Part shown: positions 27,420-43,611 of the stretch, in pieces
Layout of the letters: the number at the start of each line of letters is the position of its first letter
Numbering within the stretch: position 1 is the stretch's first letter
Source of the DNA: Eledone cirrhosa
Taxonomy: Eukaryota
Length of the DNA: 64,000 nucleotides
Assembly (NCBI GenBank): GCA_964016885.1
Contig: CAXHJY010001262.1
Coordinates: 1 to 64,000 of the forward strand
Reading direction: 5' to 3'
Made by a program: the position numbers and the translations under genes
The notes under the pieces: model-generated
Database searches by the model: none
The model's input: the letters and a program-made list of their open reading frames with translations, nothing else
Told to the model about the DNA's origin: nothing

Positions 27420-28115
27420 ACATGTATGTATGTTTATGTGTGTGTATGTGCATGTATATGTGCATGTATAAGTATGTATGCATATGTATGTATATGTGTG
27501 TGTATATAACTATGTATGTATGTGTATGTATGTATTTGTGTGTGAGTGTATGAATATATATCTATCTATGTATGTATGTATGTATGTATATATGTGTATG
27601 TATGTATATGTATGTGTGTATATGTGTATATATGTGTGGGTATTAACTATAGTGTAAACAACAGATAAGTTCTTGTGTTAATCCATTCCATGTACAAAGC
27701 TTTAGAGTTGGTTTGATTGTAGTAGTAGTAGTAGTAGTGGTGGTGGTGGTGGTGGAACGGTGGTGGTGGTGGTGGTAGTGTTGGTGGTGGTGGTGGTGGT
27801 AGTGTTGGTGGTGGTGGTGGTGGTGGAACGGTGGTGGTGGTGGTAGTATTGGTGGTGGTGGTGGTGGTGGTGGTGATAGTGTTGGTGGTGATAGTGTTGG
27901 TGGTGGTGGTAGTGGTCGTGGTGGTGGTGGTAGTAGTGGTGGTGTTGGTAGCGGTAGTAGTAGTAGTGATAGTAGTGGTTGTGTTAGTAGTGGTGGTGGT
28001 GGTAGTAGTAGTAGTGGTGGTGTTAGTAGTAGTGGTGGTGTTAGTAGTAGTGGTGCTGGTGGTAATAGTAGCAGTAGTAGTAATTGTAGTAGTAGTAATA
28101 GTAGTAGTGGTGGTT
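27420..28115. repeat. (TATG)n tract then (GGT/AGT)n tract
   Basis: Direct reading. Confidence 0.9.
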
Positions 28116-28151
28116 TGTCGTTGTTGTTCCTCTTTTTCCCATCCTCCTCCT

Positions 28152-30995
28152 CCCTCCTATCCCCGCTAGAGTGGTAGGGTCAGAGTCCGCAAGCCCTCCT
28201 ATCCTTGGTAGGGTGGTAGAGCCAGAGTTCTCAAGCCCTCCTATCCTTGGTAGGGTGGTAGAGCCAGAGTTCTCAAGCCCTCCTATCCTTGGTAGGGTGG
28301 TAGAGCCAGAGTTCTCAAGCCCTCCTATCCTTGGTAGGGTGGTAGGGCCAGAGTCCTCAAGCCCTCCTATCCTTGGTAGGGTGGTAGAGCCAGAGTTCTC
28401 AAGCCCTCCTATCCTTGGTAGGGTGGTAGGGCCAGAGTCCTCAAGCCCTCCTATCCTTGGTAGGGTGGTAGAGCCAGAGTTCTCAAGCCCTCCTATCCTT
28501 GGTAGGGTGGTAGAGCCAGAGTTCTCAAGCCCTCCTATCCTTGTTAATGTGGTAGGGTCAGAGTCCGCAAGCCCTCCTATCCTTGGTAGGGTGGTAGAGC
28601 CAGAGTTCTCAAGCCCTCCTATCCTTGGTAGGGTGGTAGGGCCAGAGTCCTCAAGCCCTCCTATCCTTGGTAGGGTGGTAGAGCCAGAGTTCTCAAGCCC
28701 TCCTATCCTTGGTAGGGTGGTAGAGCCAGAGTTCTCAAGCCCTCCTATCCTTGTTAATGTGGTAGGGGCCAGAGTCCGCAAGCCCTCCTATCCTTGGTAG
28801 GGTGGTAGGGCCAGATTCCGCAAGCCCTCCTCTCCTTGGTAGGGTGGTAGGGCCAGATTCCGCAAGCCCTCCTCTCCTTGGTAGGGTGGTAGGGCCAGAT
28901 TCCGCAAGCCCTCCTATCCTTGGTAGGGTGGTAGGGCCAGAGTCCTCAAGCCTTCCTATCCTTGGTAGGGTGATAGGGCCAGAGCCCTCAAGCCCTCCTG
29001 TCCTTGGTAGGGTGGTAGGGGCCAGAGTCCGCAAGCCCTCTTATCCTTGGTAGGGTGGTAGGGCCAGAATCCTCAAGCCCTCCTATCCTTGGTAGAGTGG
29101 TAGGGGCCAGAGTCCGCAAGCCCTCCTATCCTTGGTAGGGTGGTAGGGCCAGAATCCTCAAGCCCTCCTATCCTTGGTAGAGTGGTAGGGGCCAGAGTCC
29201 GCAAGCCCTCCTATCCTTGGTAGGGTGGTAGGGCCAGAATCCTCAAGCCCTCCTATCCTTGGTAGAGTGGTAGGGGCCAGAGTCCTCAAGCCCTCCTATC
29301 CTTGGTAGGGTGGTAGGGGCCAGAGTCCTCAAGCCCTCCTATCCTTGGTAGGGTGGTAGGGCCAGAGTCCTCAAGCCCTCCTATCCTTGGTAGGGTGGTA
29401 GGGGCCAGAGTCCTCAAGCCCTCCTATCCTTGGTAGGGTGGTAGGGGCCAGAGTCCTCAAGCCCTCCTATCCTTGGTAGGGTGGTAGGGCCAGAGTCCTC
29501 AAGCCCTCCTATCCTTGGTAGAGTGGTAGGGGCCAGAGTCCTCAAGCCCTCCTATCCTTGGTAGGGTGGTAGGGCCAGAGTCCTCAAGCCCTCCTATCCT
29601 TGGTAGAGTGGTAGGGGCCAGAGTCCTCAAGCCCTCCTATCCTTGGTAGGGTGGTAGGGCCAGAGTCCTCAAGCCCTCCTATCCTTGGTAGAGTGGTAGG
29701 GGCCAGAGTCCTCAAGCCCTCCTATCCTTGGTAGGGTGGTAGGGCCAGAGTCCTCAAGCCCTCCTATCCTTGGTAGGGTGGTAGGGGCCAGAGTCCTCAA
29801 GCCCTCCTATCCTTGGTAGGGTGGTAGGGCCAGAGTCCTCAAGCCCTCCTATCCTTGGTAGGGTGGTAGGGCCAGAGTCCTCAAGCCCTCCTATCCTTGG
29901 TAGAGTGGTAGGGGCCAGAGTCCTCAAGCCCTCCTATCCTTGGTAGGGTGGTAGGGCCAGAGTCCTCAAGCCCTCCTATCCTTGGTAGGGTGGTAGGGCC
30001 AGAGTCCTCAAGCCCTCCTATCCTTGGTAGAGTGGTAGGGGCCAGAGTCCTCAAGCCCTCCTATCCTTGGTAGGGTGGTAGGGCCAGAGTCCTCAAGCCC
30101 TCCTATCCTTGGTAGGGTGGTAGGGCCAGAGTCCTCAAGCCCTCCTATCCTTGGTAGGGTGGTAGGGCCAGAGTCCTCAAGCCCTCCTATCCTTGGTAGA
30201 GTGGTAGGGGCCAGAGTCCTCAAGCCCTCCTATCCTTGGTAGAGTGGTAGGGGCCAGAGTCCTCAAGCCCTCCTATCCTTGGTAGGGTGGTAGGGCCAGA
30301 GTCCTCAAGCCCTCCTATCCTTGGTAGGGTGGTAGGGCCAGAGTCCTCAAGCCCTCCTATCCTTGGTAGAGTGGTAGGGGCCAGAGTCCTCAAGCCCTCC
30401 TATCCTTGGTAGAGTGGTAGGGGCCAGAGTCCTCAAGCCCTCCTATCCTTGGTAGGGTGGTAGGGCCAGAGTCCTCAAGCCCTCCTATCCTTGGTAGAGT
30501 GGTAGGGGCCAGAGTCCGCAAGCCCTCCTATCCTTGGTAGGGTGGTAGGGCCAGAATCCTCAAGCCCTCCTATCCTTGGTAGAGTGGTAGGGGCCAGAGT
30601 CCTCAAGCCCTCCTATCCTTGGTAGAGTGGTAGGGCCAGAGTCCTCAAGCCCTCCTATCCTTGGTAGGGTGGTAGGGCCAGAGTCCTCAAGCCCTCCTAT
30701 CCTTGGTAGGGTGGTAGGGCCAGAGTCCTCAAGCCCTCCTATCCTTGGTAGAGTGGTAGGGGCCAGAGTCCTCAAGCCCTCCTATCCTTGGTAGGGTGGT
30801 AGGGCCAGAGTCCTCAAGCCCTCCTATCCTTGGTAGGGTGGTAGGGCCAGAGTCCTCAAGCCCTCCTATCCTTGGTAGGGTGGTAGGGCCAGAGTCCTCA
30901 AGCCCTCCTATCCTTGGTAGGGTGGTAGGGCCAGAGTCCTCAAGCCCTCCTATCCTTGGTAGGGTGGTAGGGCCAGAGTCCTCAAGCCCTCCTAT
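28152..30995. repeat. 42/43-bp minisatellite, roughly 67 copies (GCCCTCCTATCCTTGGTAGGGTGGTAGGGCCAGAGTCCTCAA)
   Basis: Head-to-tail units; the 14-aa periodicity in the ORF track is broken by 43-bp variants. Confidence 0.95.
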
Positions 30996-31119
30996 ATACT
31001 ATTTCAATACTTCCAATCCAGGTCGCTTCACTTAAACTATTAAAAAAAATCTTAAAACAATTTTAACGTATTTGGTTGTTTTTTTTAAAATATTTTAATC
31101 ACTCCTATCTTCTATAGCA

Positions 31120-32990
31120 TCATCATCACCATTACCACTAGCACTACCACCACTAGCACCACCACTACCACTACCACCACTACCTCTACTACCACCACCA
31201 CTACCACCAGCACTACCACCACTACCTCTACTACCACCACCACCACTACCACTACCTCCACCACCACAACTACCTCCACCACCACCACCACTACCACCAC
31301 TACTAACACAACCACCACCATCTCCACTACTACCACGACTACTACCACCACTACTACCACCACCATCACGACCACCACCGCTACCTCCTCCACCACCACC
31401 AACATGTATACCATCACCAACATTATCACCACCACCACCATTACCTCTATTCTGCTCATCATCATCATTATCATCACCACCATCATCATCACACACCAGG
31501 ACCACCAGCACCTGCTCCACAAGCGTCAGTACCAGCACCTCTACCACAACCACCACCCTACAAGACTACCACCACCATCACCACTACCACCACTACCATC
31601 ACCACCACCACCTCCATCACCACTAACCTCCCCTTACACCACCACAACCACCACCACCATCACCCTACAACACTACCACCACCACAACCACAACCATCAC
31701 CACTACCCCTCTTACAACACTACCACCACCAACACCATCACCACCACCACACCACCCTACCACCAAACCACAACACCACCACCACCACACCACCCTACAA
31801 CACCACCACCACACCACCCTACAACACTACCACTACCACCACCACCACACCACCCTACAACACTACCACTACCACCACCACCACCACACCACCCTACAAC
31901 ACTACCACCACACCACCACACCACCCTACAACACTACCACCACACCACCACCACACCACCCTACAACACTACCACCACCACATCACACCACCCTACAACA
32001 CCACCCTACAACACCACCCTACAACACTACCACCACCACATCACACCACCACCACACCACCCTACCACCACCACCCTACAACACTACCACCACCACCACA
32101 CCACCCTACCACCACACCACCCTACAACACTACCACCACCACCACACCACCCTACCACCACCACCCTACAACACTACCACCACCACCACACCACCCTACC
32201 ACCACACCACCCTACAACACTACCACCACCACCACACCACCCTACCACCACCACCACCCTACAACACTACCACCTGCCGATGAGGTAAGAGGTAGCAGTG
32301 TGTTGTCTATTTTATTGTTTAGGACAAAAAAGGTCCAAAAATGACACCAGTAGTGGTGGTGGTGTAGTAGTGGTGGTGGTGGTGGTGGTGGCGTAGTGGT
32401 GGTGGTGGTGGTGGTGGCGTAGTGGTGGTGGTGGTTTGATGGTGGTGGAGTGGTGGTGATAGTGTGTTGTGCTGGTAGTGGTGGGATGGTTGTGTTGGTG
32501 GTAGGGGTGGTAGTGGTGGAAGAGTTACGGCCCTTTCCATTCTCAGTTCAAATCCCGCCGAGGTTAACTTTGCCTTTCATCCTTACGTGGTCGATAAAAT
32601 AAAGTACCAGTAATGTACTGAGTAATTGCTGGCCTTGTGCCAAAAGTAGAAACAATTATTGCGATGGCGGCAGTGGTAGTAGTAGTGGTTGTGGTAGTAT
32701 TAGTGGTGGTGGTAGTGGTTGTAGTAGTAGTGGTTGTGGTAGTATTAGTGGTGGTGGTGGTAGTGGTAGTGGTTGTAGTAGTAGTGGTTGTGGTAGTATT
32801 AGTGGTGGTGGTGGTAGTGGTTGTAGTAGTAGTGATGGTGGTAGTAGTGGCGGTGATAATGGTAGTGGTTGTAGTAGTAGTGGCGGTGGTAGTAGTGGTG
32901 GTTGTAGTAGTAGTAGTAGTGGTGGTGGTTCATTGTATTGGTGGTAGTGGTGGTGGTGGTGGTGGTGGTGGTGGTGTAGCGGTGATGTAG
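31120..32990. repeat. (ACC/ACT)n then (GGT/AGT)n low-complexity tracts interrupted by a SINE (32520-32660, +)
   Basis: Direct reading; SINE B-box GTTCAAATCCCGCC at ~32546. Confidence 0.85.
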
Positions 32991-33084
32991 CAGTGAGGGT
33001 GGTAGCGGCGGAGCAGAGTGAAATAGTAGGCGACAAGTGATGTTGGCAGTGATTAGTGGCTGGGAGTAGATAGAGTGATAGATG

Positions 33085-33902
33085 GAGAGGGGTATAAGGG
33101 AGAGAGAGACAGAGGGGTATAAGGGAGGGAGAGACAGAGGGGTATAAGGGAGGGAGAGACAGAGGTGGAATACAAGGGAGTGAGAGGGCGGATGTAAGGG
33201 AGAGAGAGAGGTGGGATGTAAGGGAGTGAGAGGGCGGATGTAAGGGAGTGAGAGGGCGGATGTAAGGGAGAGAGAGAGGGGGATACAAGGGAGTGAGAGG
33301 GCGGCTGTAAGGGAGAGAGAGAGGGGGATACAAGGGAGTGAGAGGGCGTCTGTAAGGGAGAGAGAGAGAGAGGGGGGATATAAGGGAGAGACATAGAGGG
33401 GCATATAAGGGAGAGACAGAGGGGGGATATAAGGGAGAGAGAAGAGAGCAGAGAGGGAGAGAGAAGAGAGCAGAGAGGGAGAGAGAAGAGAGCAGAGAGG
33501 GAGAGAGCAGAGAGCAGAGAGAGGGGGAGCAGAGAGAAGGGAGAAGGGAGCAGAGAGAAGGGAGCAGAGAGAGGGGAGAAGAGAGAAATGGGGCAGAGAT
33601 AGTGACAAAAAGAGAGAGGGAGAGGGTCTGAGAGTGAGAGAGAACAACAACAAACCAATATCAAACCAAAATAAAGATAAAGTGCGGAGCTCGGCTGTTA
33701 TTTATTTTTCGCTAACAAGTTCTTCTCTCATTCTTTCTCTCTTTCAGTCCATTCTCTCTCTCTCTCTCTCTTTCTCTTTGCAATCTCAGTCACAATCTCA
33801 CTTTCTCACCACTCTCAGACCCTTCTCCCCCTCTCTCCCAGTTTCTCCATCAGTCTCTCTCTCTCTCAGTCGACCCACAGTCTCTCTCTCTCTCAGTCGA
33901 CC

Positions 33903-33946
<44 letters not shown>

Positions 33947-34140
33947 CAGTTGACCCACAGTCTCTCTCTCTCTCAGTCAGTCGACCCACAGTCTCTCTCT
34001 CTCTCAGTCGATCCACAGTCTCCCTCTCTCTCTCTCAGTCGATCCACAGTCTCCCTCTCTCTCAGTCGACCCACAGTCTCTATATCCCTCTCTCTCAGTC
34101 GACCCACAGTCTCTATATCTCTCTCTCTCAGTCGACCCAC

Positions 34141-34143
<3 letters not shown>
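33085..34143. repeat. Purine-rich (GA) minisatellites (33085-33600) and CAGTCGACCCACAG(TC)n minisatellite (33850-34143)
   Basis: Direct reading. Confidence 0.85.
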
Positions 34144-34179
<36 letters not shown>

Positions 34180-34464
34180 TATATATCAATCCCTCTCTCT
34201 CTCTGTCTCCCCCCCCTCCCTCCTCTCTCAGCTGTGTCAGTTATAAGTGACAAACAGCAGACGACCGTACTACCATTTGTAAAGTTCCACAACTCGGAGC
34301 AGCAGGACTAAGCTAAGTTATCATTGAACGGTGAAACGAAAAAACAACAACAAAAACCCATTATTTACAAACAAGTAAGAACCTATTACACATCATGTTT
34401 TATATATTGTTGTTGTTGCTGTTGTTGTTGTTGTTTATTACAGCAGGGCTCTGGGTTAGTAATA

Positions 34465-35095
34465 TCGTTAGAGCATCGGATAACCTTTATAACATGCTTT
34501 GTGACTTATAGTTACGGCCCCGATCAAACGTCGCCGACGTTAGCTTTGCCTTTCATCCTTACAAATGGTCCATAAAATAAAGTACCAGCAATGCACTGGC
34601 GTCGGTTTAATCGACTTTTTCCTCTCTCAAAATTGTTGGTCAGTCTTTTGCTAAAAGTAGAAATAATTTTTATTACAGCGAGGGAACTGGTTTGAGAGTC
34701 TCGGTAGAGCGTCGGACGAAATACTTTACGGTATTGTTGTTTAGCCCTAGGTAAGCCCTAGGCCAGTCCTAATCCTGCTGACCTTATGATCAAAGATCTC
34801 CCACCCACGACCGTCCCATCTAATCCTATCTTGTGGCGTGAAGTGACTGAGAGTACATGACTCCCCCCTGGACAGGACACCAGTCCATTGCACAGTTAAA
34901 CCCCCAGCTATTACTGGTACTAATTTTCAGCTGAGTGAACTGGAGCAATGTGAAATGAAATGTTTTGTTATAGAACAGAACACACAACAAAGTCCAGGAA
35001 TTATCCCGCCCAGGTTAACTTTACCTTTCATCCTTTTGAGTTCGGTAAAGTACCATACCAGTTAAGTACTGGGGTCGATATAATCAGCTTCCCCC
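34465..35095. mobile_element. Nested SINEs: main family on + (34465-34668, 35003-35095) and a second SINE family on - (34834-35000)
   Basis: Main-family core CTTTGCCTTTCATCCTT. The second family shows CTCCCCCCTGGACAGGACACCAGTCCAT..GGTACTAATTTTCAGCTGAGTGAACTGGAGCAA. Confidence 0.6.
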
Positions 35096-35229
35096 CCCCT
35101 TTTTTCCCTTGTACCAATGTTAGACAAATTATATCTATTACAATTATTGTTATTAAATCTACTGTTTCCCCGTTTGTAGATATATTCTCATCACTCCAAC
35201 TTTATTCCATATAAACCCTACACACTGTC

Positions 35230-35668
35230 TAAGTCGTGCACCCTGAAGTCGTGTACCCTGAAGTCGTGCACCCTTCAGTCATGCACCTTCCAGTCGTGTA
35301 CCCTTCAGTCGTGCACCTTCCAGTCGTGCACCCTAAAATCGTGCACCCTTCAGTCATTGCCTTCAGTCGTGCACCCTTCAGTCATGCAGCCTAACTTCGT
35401 GTACCCTTAAGTCGTGTTCCCTTAAGTCATGCACCCTAAAATCGTGTACCCTTAAGTCGTGTTCCCTTAAGTCATGCACCTTAAAATCGTGTACCCTTCA
35501 GTCGTGTTCCCTTCAGTCGTGCACCCTAAAATCGTGTTCCCTTCAGTCGTGCACCCTAAAATCGTGTACCCTTCAGTCGTGCACCCTAAAATCGTGTACC
35601 CTTAAGTCGTGTTCCCCTCAGTCATGCACCCTAAAATCATGCACCCGAAAGTCGTGCACCCTGAAGTC
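35230..35668. repeat. 15-bp minisatellite (AGTCGTGCACCCTTC / AATCGTGTACCCTTA variants)
   Basis: Direct reading. Confidence 0.9.
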
Positions 35669-36209
35669 CAATATTATTAATTATTAGCAATTAGCAAAGT
35701 CGGTAGAGCGACAGACGACATATTTCACGGTTAATTACGTTTCTTTTACCTTCTGAGTGGAACAACTTTACCTTCGATCTTTCTGGGATATATACAATAC
35801 CAGTTAAATACTGGGTACCATATAATCACCATCTCCCACCACCACCCCTTAATTGCTGGCTTTGTGCCTTAATTAATAACCATCATACTGTGTATTTTAT
35901 TGATTAATTTATTTTTATTATTATTTTTACTTTATTTTGTTTATCACTTTGTTGTTTGCTTACATTCTCTGTCACTGATTGGAGACTGAGGCCATGCTGG
36001 GGCACCACACTCCTTTTACGTGTTTAAGTCGTTAGACTGAGGCCATGCTGGGGCACCACACTCCTTTTACCGGTTTCAGTCGTTAGACTGAGGCCATGCT
36101 GGAGCAACGACTTGAAAAGTATTTCAATCGATCAGTACTTAGTTATGGCAACCAGTCCTTAGTTCAGCAACTTATTTTATTGATTTCTCTTTGTCAAACC
36201 GTTATTGTA

Positions 36210-36564
36210 CGACACACACACACAGACACTGTATATATATATATATATATACATATATACACATATCTCTCTCTCTCACTATATATATAAACATGAATAC
36301 ACACATTTATATATACAGATATCTCTTTCTCACTATATATATATAAACATATATCTATACACACATATACATACATATACATACATATATACACACATAT
36401 ACATAATATACATATATATACACACACATATACATATATATACACACACATATACATATATATACATACATATATACACACATATACATATATATACATA
36501 CATATATACACACATATACATAATATACATATATATACACACACATATACATATATATATATAT

Positions 36565-36613
<49 letters not shown>

Positions 36614-36838
36614 TATACATATATATATATATACACACACATATACATATATATATATATACACACACATATACATATAGATATACACACACATATACAT
36701 ATATATATAGATATACACACATACATATATATATATATATATACACACACATATATATATATATACACACGCATATATATATATATACACACGCATATAT
36801 ATATATATACACACACATATATATATATATACACACGC

Positions 36839-36869
<31 letters not shown>

Positions 36870-37251
36870 TATATATATATATACACACACACATATATAT
36901 ATATATACACACACATATATATATATATACACACACACATATATATATATATATACACACACATACTTATATATATATACACACATACATATATATACAC
37001 ACACACATATATATATATATGCACACATATATATATATACACACACACATATATATATATACACACACATATATATATATACACACACATACATATATAT
37101 ATACACACACATACATATATATATATATACACATATATATATAGAAACACACACATACATATATATATACACACACATACATATATATATACACACACAT
37201 ACATATATATATACACACACATACATATATATATACACACACATACATATA

Positions 37252-37291
<40 letters not shown>

Positions 37292-37302
37292 CACACACAC
37301 AC

Positions 37303-37333
<31 letters not shown>

Positions 37334-37792
37334 TATATATATACACACACACATACATATATATATATATACACACACACATACATATATATATATATAC
37401 ACACACACATACATATATATATATATACATACAAACACATACATATATATTATATATATATATATATACACACATATACATATATACACACATATATACA
37501 CACATATACATATATACACACACATATATATATACATATATATATACACACACATATATATATACATATATATATACACACACATATATACATATATATA
37601 TACACACACATATATACATATATATATACACACACATATATACATATATATATACACACACATATATATACATATATATATACACACACATATATATACA
37701 TATATATATACACACACATATATATACATATATATATATATACACACACATATATATACATATATATATATATACACACACAAATATATATA
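36210..37792. repeat. (TA)n(CA)n compound microsatellite
   Basis: Direct reading. Confidence 0.95.
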
Positions 37793-37962
37793 TATTTATT
37801 AAAATAACAGATTAAAGTTTAAGCAAAGAATCGCTGCTTTCACCCTTAACGTTATTAAGGGTGAAAGCAGTGATTCTTTGCTTAAACTTTAATCTGTTAT
37901 TTTAATAAATATTTGCTCTACGGTTCTTATATATCTGATATATATTTATCCTTATCGAGCCC
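37793..37962. mobile_element. Fold-back insert abutting (TA)n
   Basis: 37793-37849 and 37855-37911 are inverted arms (1 mismatch) around the loop CGTTA. The right extension TTGCTCTACGGTTCTTATATATCTGATATATATTTATCCTTATCGAGCC also occurs at ~770-818. Confidence 0.7.
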
Positions 37963-38140
37963 TCTTTGGATTTTAGTCTTCACATTTATTATTATTATTT
38001 TTTTTTTTTTTTACATGCAGAAATGCTCATTTGTACCGTCCTGTATTGTCCTGTACTGTCCTTAATGTCTCACTTTGTGTAAACCCTTGTCGTTAATAAA
38101 GAAAGCATTACTACTATTCTTGTGGCCAATAAAGAAATCA

Positions 38141-38305
38141 TTGCCTTTCATCCTTACGGGGTCGATAAAATAAAGTACCAGTAATGCACTGGAAAATTGC
38201 TGGCCTTGTGCCTAAAGTAGAAACAATATCTTGCCGAGGTTGACTTTGCCTTTCATCCTTACGGGGTCGATAAAATAAAGTACCAGTAATGCACTGGTTA
38301 ATTTG
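38141..38305 (+). mobile_element. Two partial SINE copies
   Basis: TTGCCTTTCATCCTTACGGGGTCGATAAAATAAAGTACCAG occurs twice. Confidence 0.8.
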
Positions 38306-38344
38306 CTGCTCCTATGTTATTGTTTGTAATTGTCTGGTTTATCC

Positions 38345-40591
<2,247 letters not shown>

Positions 40592-40801
40592 ATTTATCCG
40601 CGCAAAACTTAACAAACATGAGGTGACTGATTTCGATTCCACCGTGTGGCATCATATCCACGTGTCTTTTGCTATAGCCTTGTAATTGAATTTGGTAGGC
40701 GGAAACTATACGGAAGACCGTTGGATGGATTGTAGCTGTAATGTCAAAGTACAGGCTTGTCATACATTGTGTCATAGCGATATTGTCTGAGGATTCGAGG
40801 C

Positions 40802-41375
40802 TGGAGACTTCTGGTGTCCTCGGCCCTAGGGCTACCTCCCTACTCACCACCATAGGCGCTGAGCTGGGTACCCATAGCAGTGGAGACTTCTGGTGTCCTC
40901 GACCCTAGGGCTACCTCCCTACTCACCACCATAGGCGCTGAGCTGGGTACCCATAGCAGTGGAGACTTCTGGTGTCCTCGACCCTAGGGCTACCTCCCTA
41001 CTCACCACCATAGGCGCTGAGCTGGGTACCCATAGCAGTGGAGACTTCTGGTGTGCTCGGTCCTAGGGCTACCTCCCTACTCACCACCACAGACGCTGAG
41101 CTGGGTACCCATAGCAGTGGAGACTTCTGGTGTGCTCGGTCCTAGGGCTACCTCCCTACTCACCACCACAGACGCTGAGCTGGGTACCCATAGCAGTGGA
41201 GACTTCTGGTGTGCTCGGTCCTAGGGCTACCTCCCTACTCACCACCATAGGCGCTGAGCTGGCCAGCCACAGGTGTGAACCCCGCGAGTTGGAGTGGCTT
41301 TTCCAGCGCATCTCCCTCGCCGTCCTTCGGGGAAACGCCTTCTCCATCCTGTCCGCCGGGGCTGTTGGGTGGGGG
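40802..41375 (+). mobile_element. CRE-clade non-LTR retrotransposon 3' remnant with a 79-bp segment repeated ~6 times
   Basis: VPIAVETSGVLGPRA..L..IG....WLFQRISLAVLRGNA..I matches the restriction-like endonuclease C-terminus of CRE elements. 79-bp units start at 40861, 40940, 41019, 41098 and 41177. Confidence 0.8.
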
Positions 41376-41672
41376 GCATCGCGTTACATTCCACATTTAA
41401 GTATGTGCACTATCATATACATGCATAATGTGTTTCTATATTATGGGATTATGAGTCTGTGGAATAGTCAGACACTTAATACAACATCGTAGTGCAATTG
41501 ACGAAAGCAAGTGAATAATTAACCATCGTCGACACCGACGTAGATCCATGTACGTTACACACACACACACGCACTCACTCACACACGCACACACGCACTC
41601 ACACTCACGCATCTCGCTTGTTTGTTTACATTTGACAACTTACACAAAAGACAGATTTCAGGTTTCTCTATC

Positions 41673-42213
41673 AACAGTATTATGTTGACAGTATTGGTTA
41701 CCATAGTATTATGTTGACAGTATTGGTTACCATAGTATTATGTTGACAGTATTGGTTACCATAGTATTATGTTGACAGTATTGGTTACCATAGTATTATG
41801 TTGACAGTATTGGTTACCATAGTATTATGTTGACAGTATTGGTTACCATAGTATTATGTTGACAGTATTGGTTACCATAGTAGTATGTTGACAGTATTGG
41901 TTACCATAGTATTATGTTGACAGTATTGGTTACCATAGTATTATGTTGACAGTATCGGTTACCATAGTATTATGTTGACAGTGTTGGTTACCATAGTATT
42001 ATGCTGACAGTATTACCATTGTATTATGTTGACAGTATTGGTTACCATAGTATTATGTTGACAGTATTACTATAGTATTATGTTGACATGTTGACAGTAG
42101 TCCATAGTATTATGTTGACAGTATTCCATAGTATTATGTTGACAGTATTCCATAGTATGTTGACAGTAGTCCATAGTATTATGTTGACAGTAATCCATAG
42201 TATTATGTTGACA
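41673..42213. repeat. 29-bp minisatellite (ATAGTATTATGTTGACAGTATTGGTTACC) decaying to ~24-bp units
   Basis: Direct reading. Confidence 0.9.
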
Positions 42214-42653
42214 TCACTCGTCCTTTTTTATCCACAAAGTTATTACATTTAATAACAAGCTGTTTACTTCTGCCTATACAAATGGCGCTGACCACTAGTC
42301 TATAAATATATTCTCTAGTTCAGTACAGTACAGTATAATATTACAATAATACATACTTTGCTAACATGCCAGTAATGAATTAATCGATAGAGCTGCCGAG
42401 AATGCGTTATATTATGCAAATTGGCTTCTCCAATTCACTTAAATCCTTACTAATAATGGGATTATGAGTAGCATCTCCGTCAAAACCTAAAGTGGGTATT
42501 CAGTCGCTGATGAAATCTCAACACATGATTGATATTGTATACAAAGCCAAGGTGGTTACATTTGTTTGTACAGGCAGAAATGACTAAAAGTCACACACAT
42601 ACACATACATATACATACATACATACACACACATACAAATGCACATGTGTGTG

Positions 42654-42708
<55 letters not shown>

Positions 42709-43611
42709 GCGTGTGTGTGTGTGTGTGTCTATGTTTGTGGTTGGATGTGTAGATGTGGGCTCATCGATAATTCCATATTGGTTTTATTTTGTCAATAACA
42801 CACTAATTATACAGCAATTATGAAGGTAATTGCTTAGAAACCAATGAGGAGTCATTGAAGGGTGAGGAGGGAGAGACAAAGAGGGAGAGGGTGAAAGGAG
42901 AGAGGGAGGGGACAAGGAGGGAAAGAAGGGGAAGAGAGAGAGAGAAGGAGAGAAAGAAGGAGGACAGAGGGAGAGACAAGGAAGGAAAGGGGGAGAGACA
43001 GGGGGAGAGACAGGGGAAGAGAGATACAAGGTGAGAAAGAGGAAGAGAGATACAACAGATTACTTGCCACCTCTTGTAACACCCCTTATTCTACAGGTAA
43101 CACCACATTTCACCCCACCTCCCTTCTATAGGTAACACAGCATTTCACCCCACCTCCCTTCTACAGGTAACACCACATTTCAATCCCCTCCCCCACCACC
43201 ACCACCGATCTACTCCCAACCGTCACCTAAACGCAACTTAGACACTCCACCAAACCTGCTTTGATCCCTCTCATAAACAGAGTCATTAAAACCTTCATCA
43301 ATGGTGGGGAGAGGATGGGACATGACTGCTATGTTATCTCCAACAGGGGAAGCGGGACATGACTGCTATGTTACCCCGGCCTACCTCTCACTATTGGAGG
43401 TACGACTGTGTTGTTTCCCCCAACAGGGGAAGGGTACCAACCCTACATATATATCAAAGAAACAATGTTGTAATCCTCTTTCTCTGCTCTTGAACAACTG
43501 GCGAATAAATCAATTAAGGCCCCAACAAATTCCAGGCCTCACAATTACTGATCCTCTTGCATACCAAAAACTCGTCGTCGTCGTCATCATCATCATCCTG
43601 ACACCTAAATA

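Noticed and set aside
28041-31035. 14-aa repeat ORFs (PPILGRVVGPESSS / TTLPRIGGLEDSGP)
   Set aside because: A by-product of a 42-bp unit; the frame is repeatedly broken by 43-bp variants.
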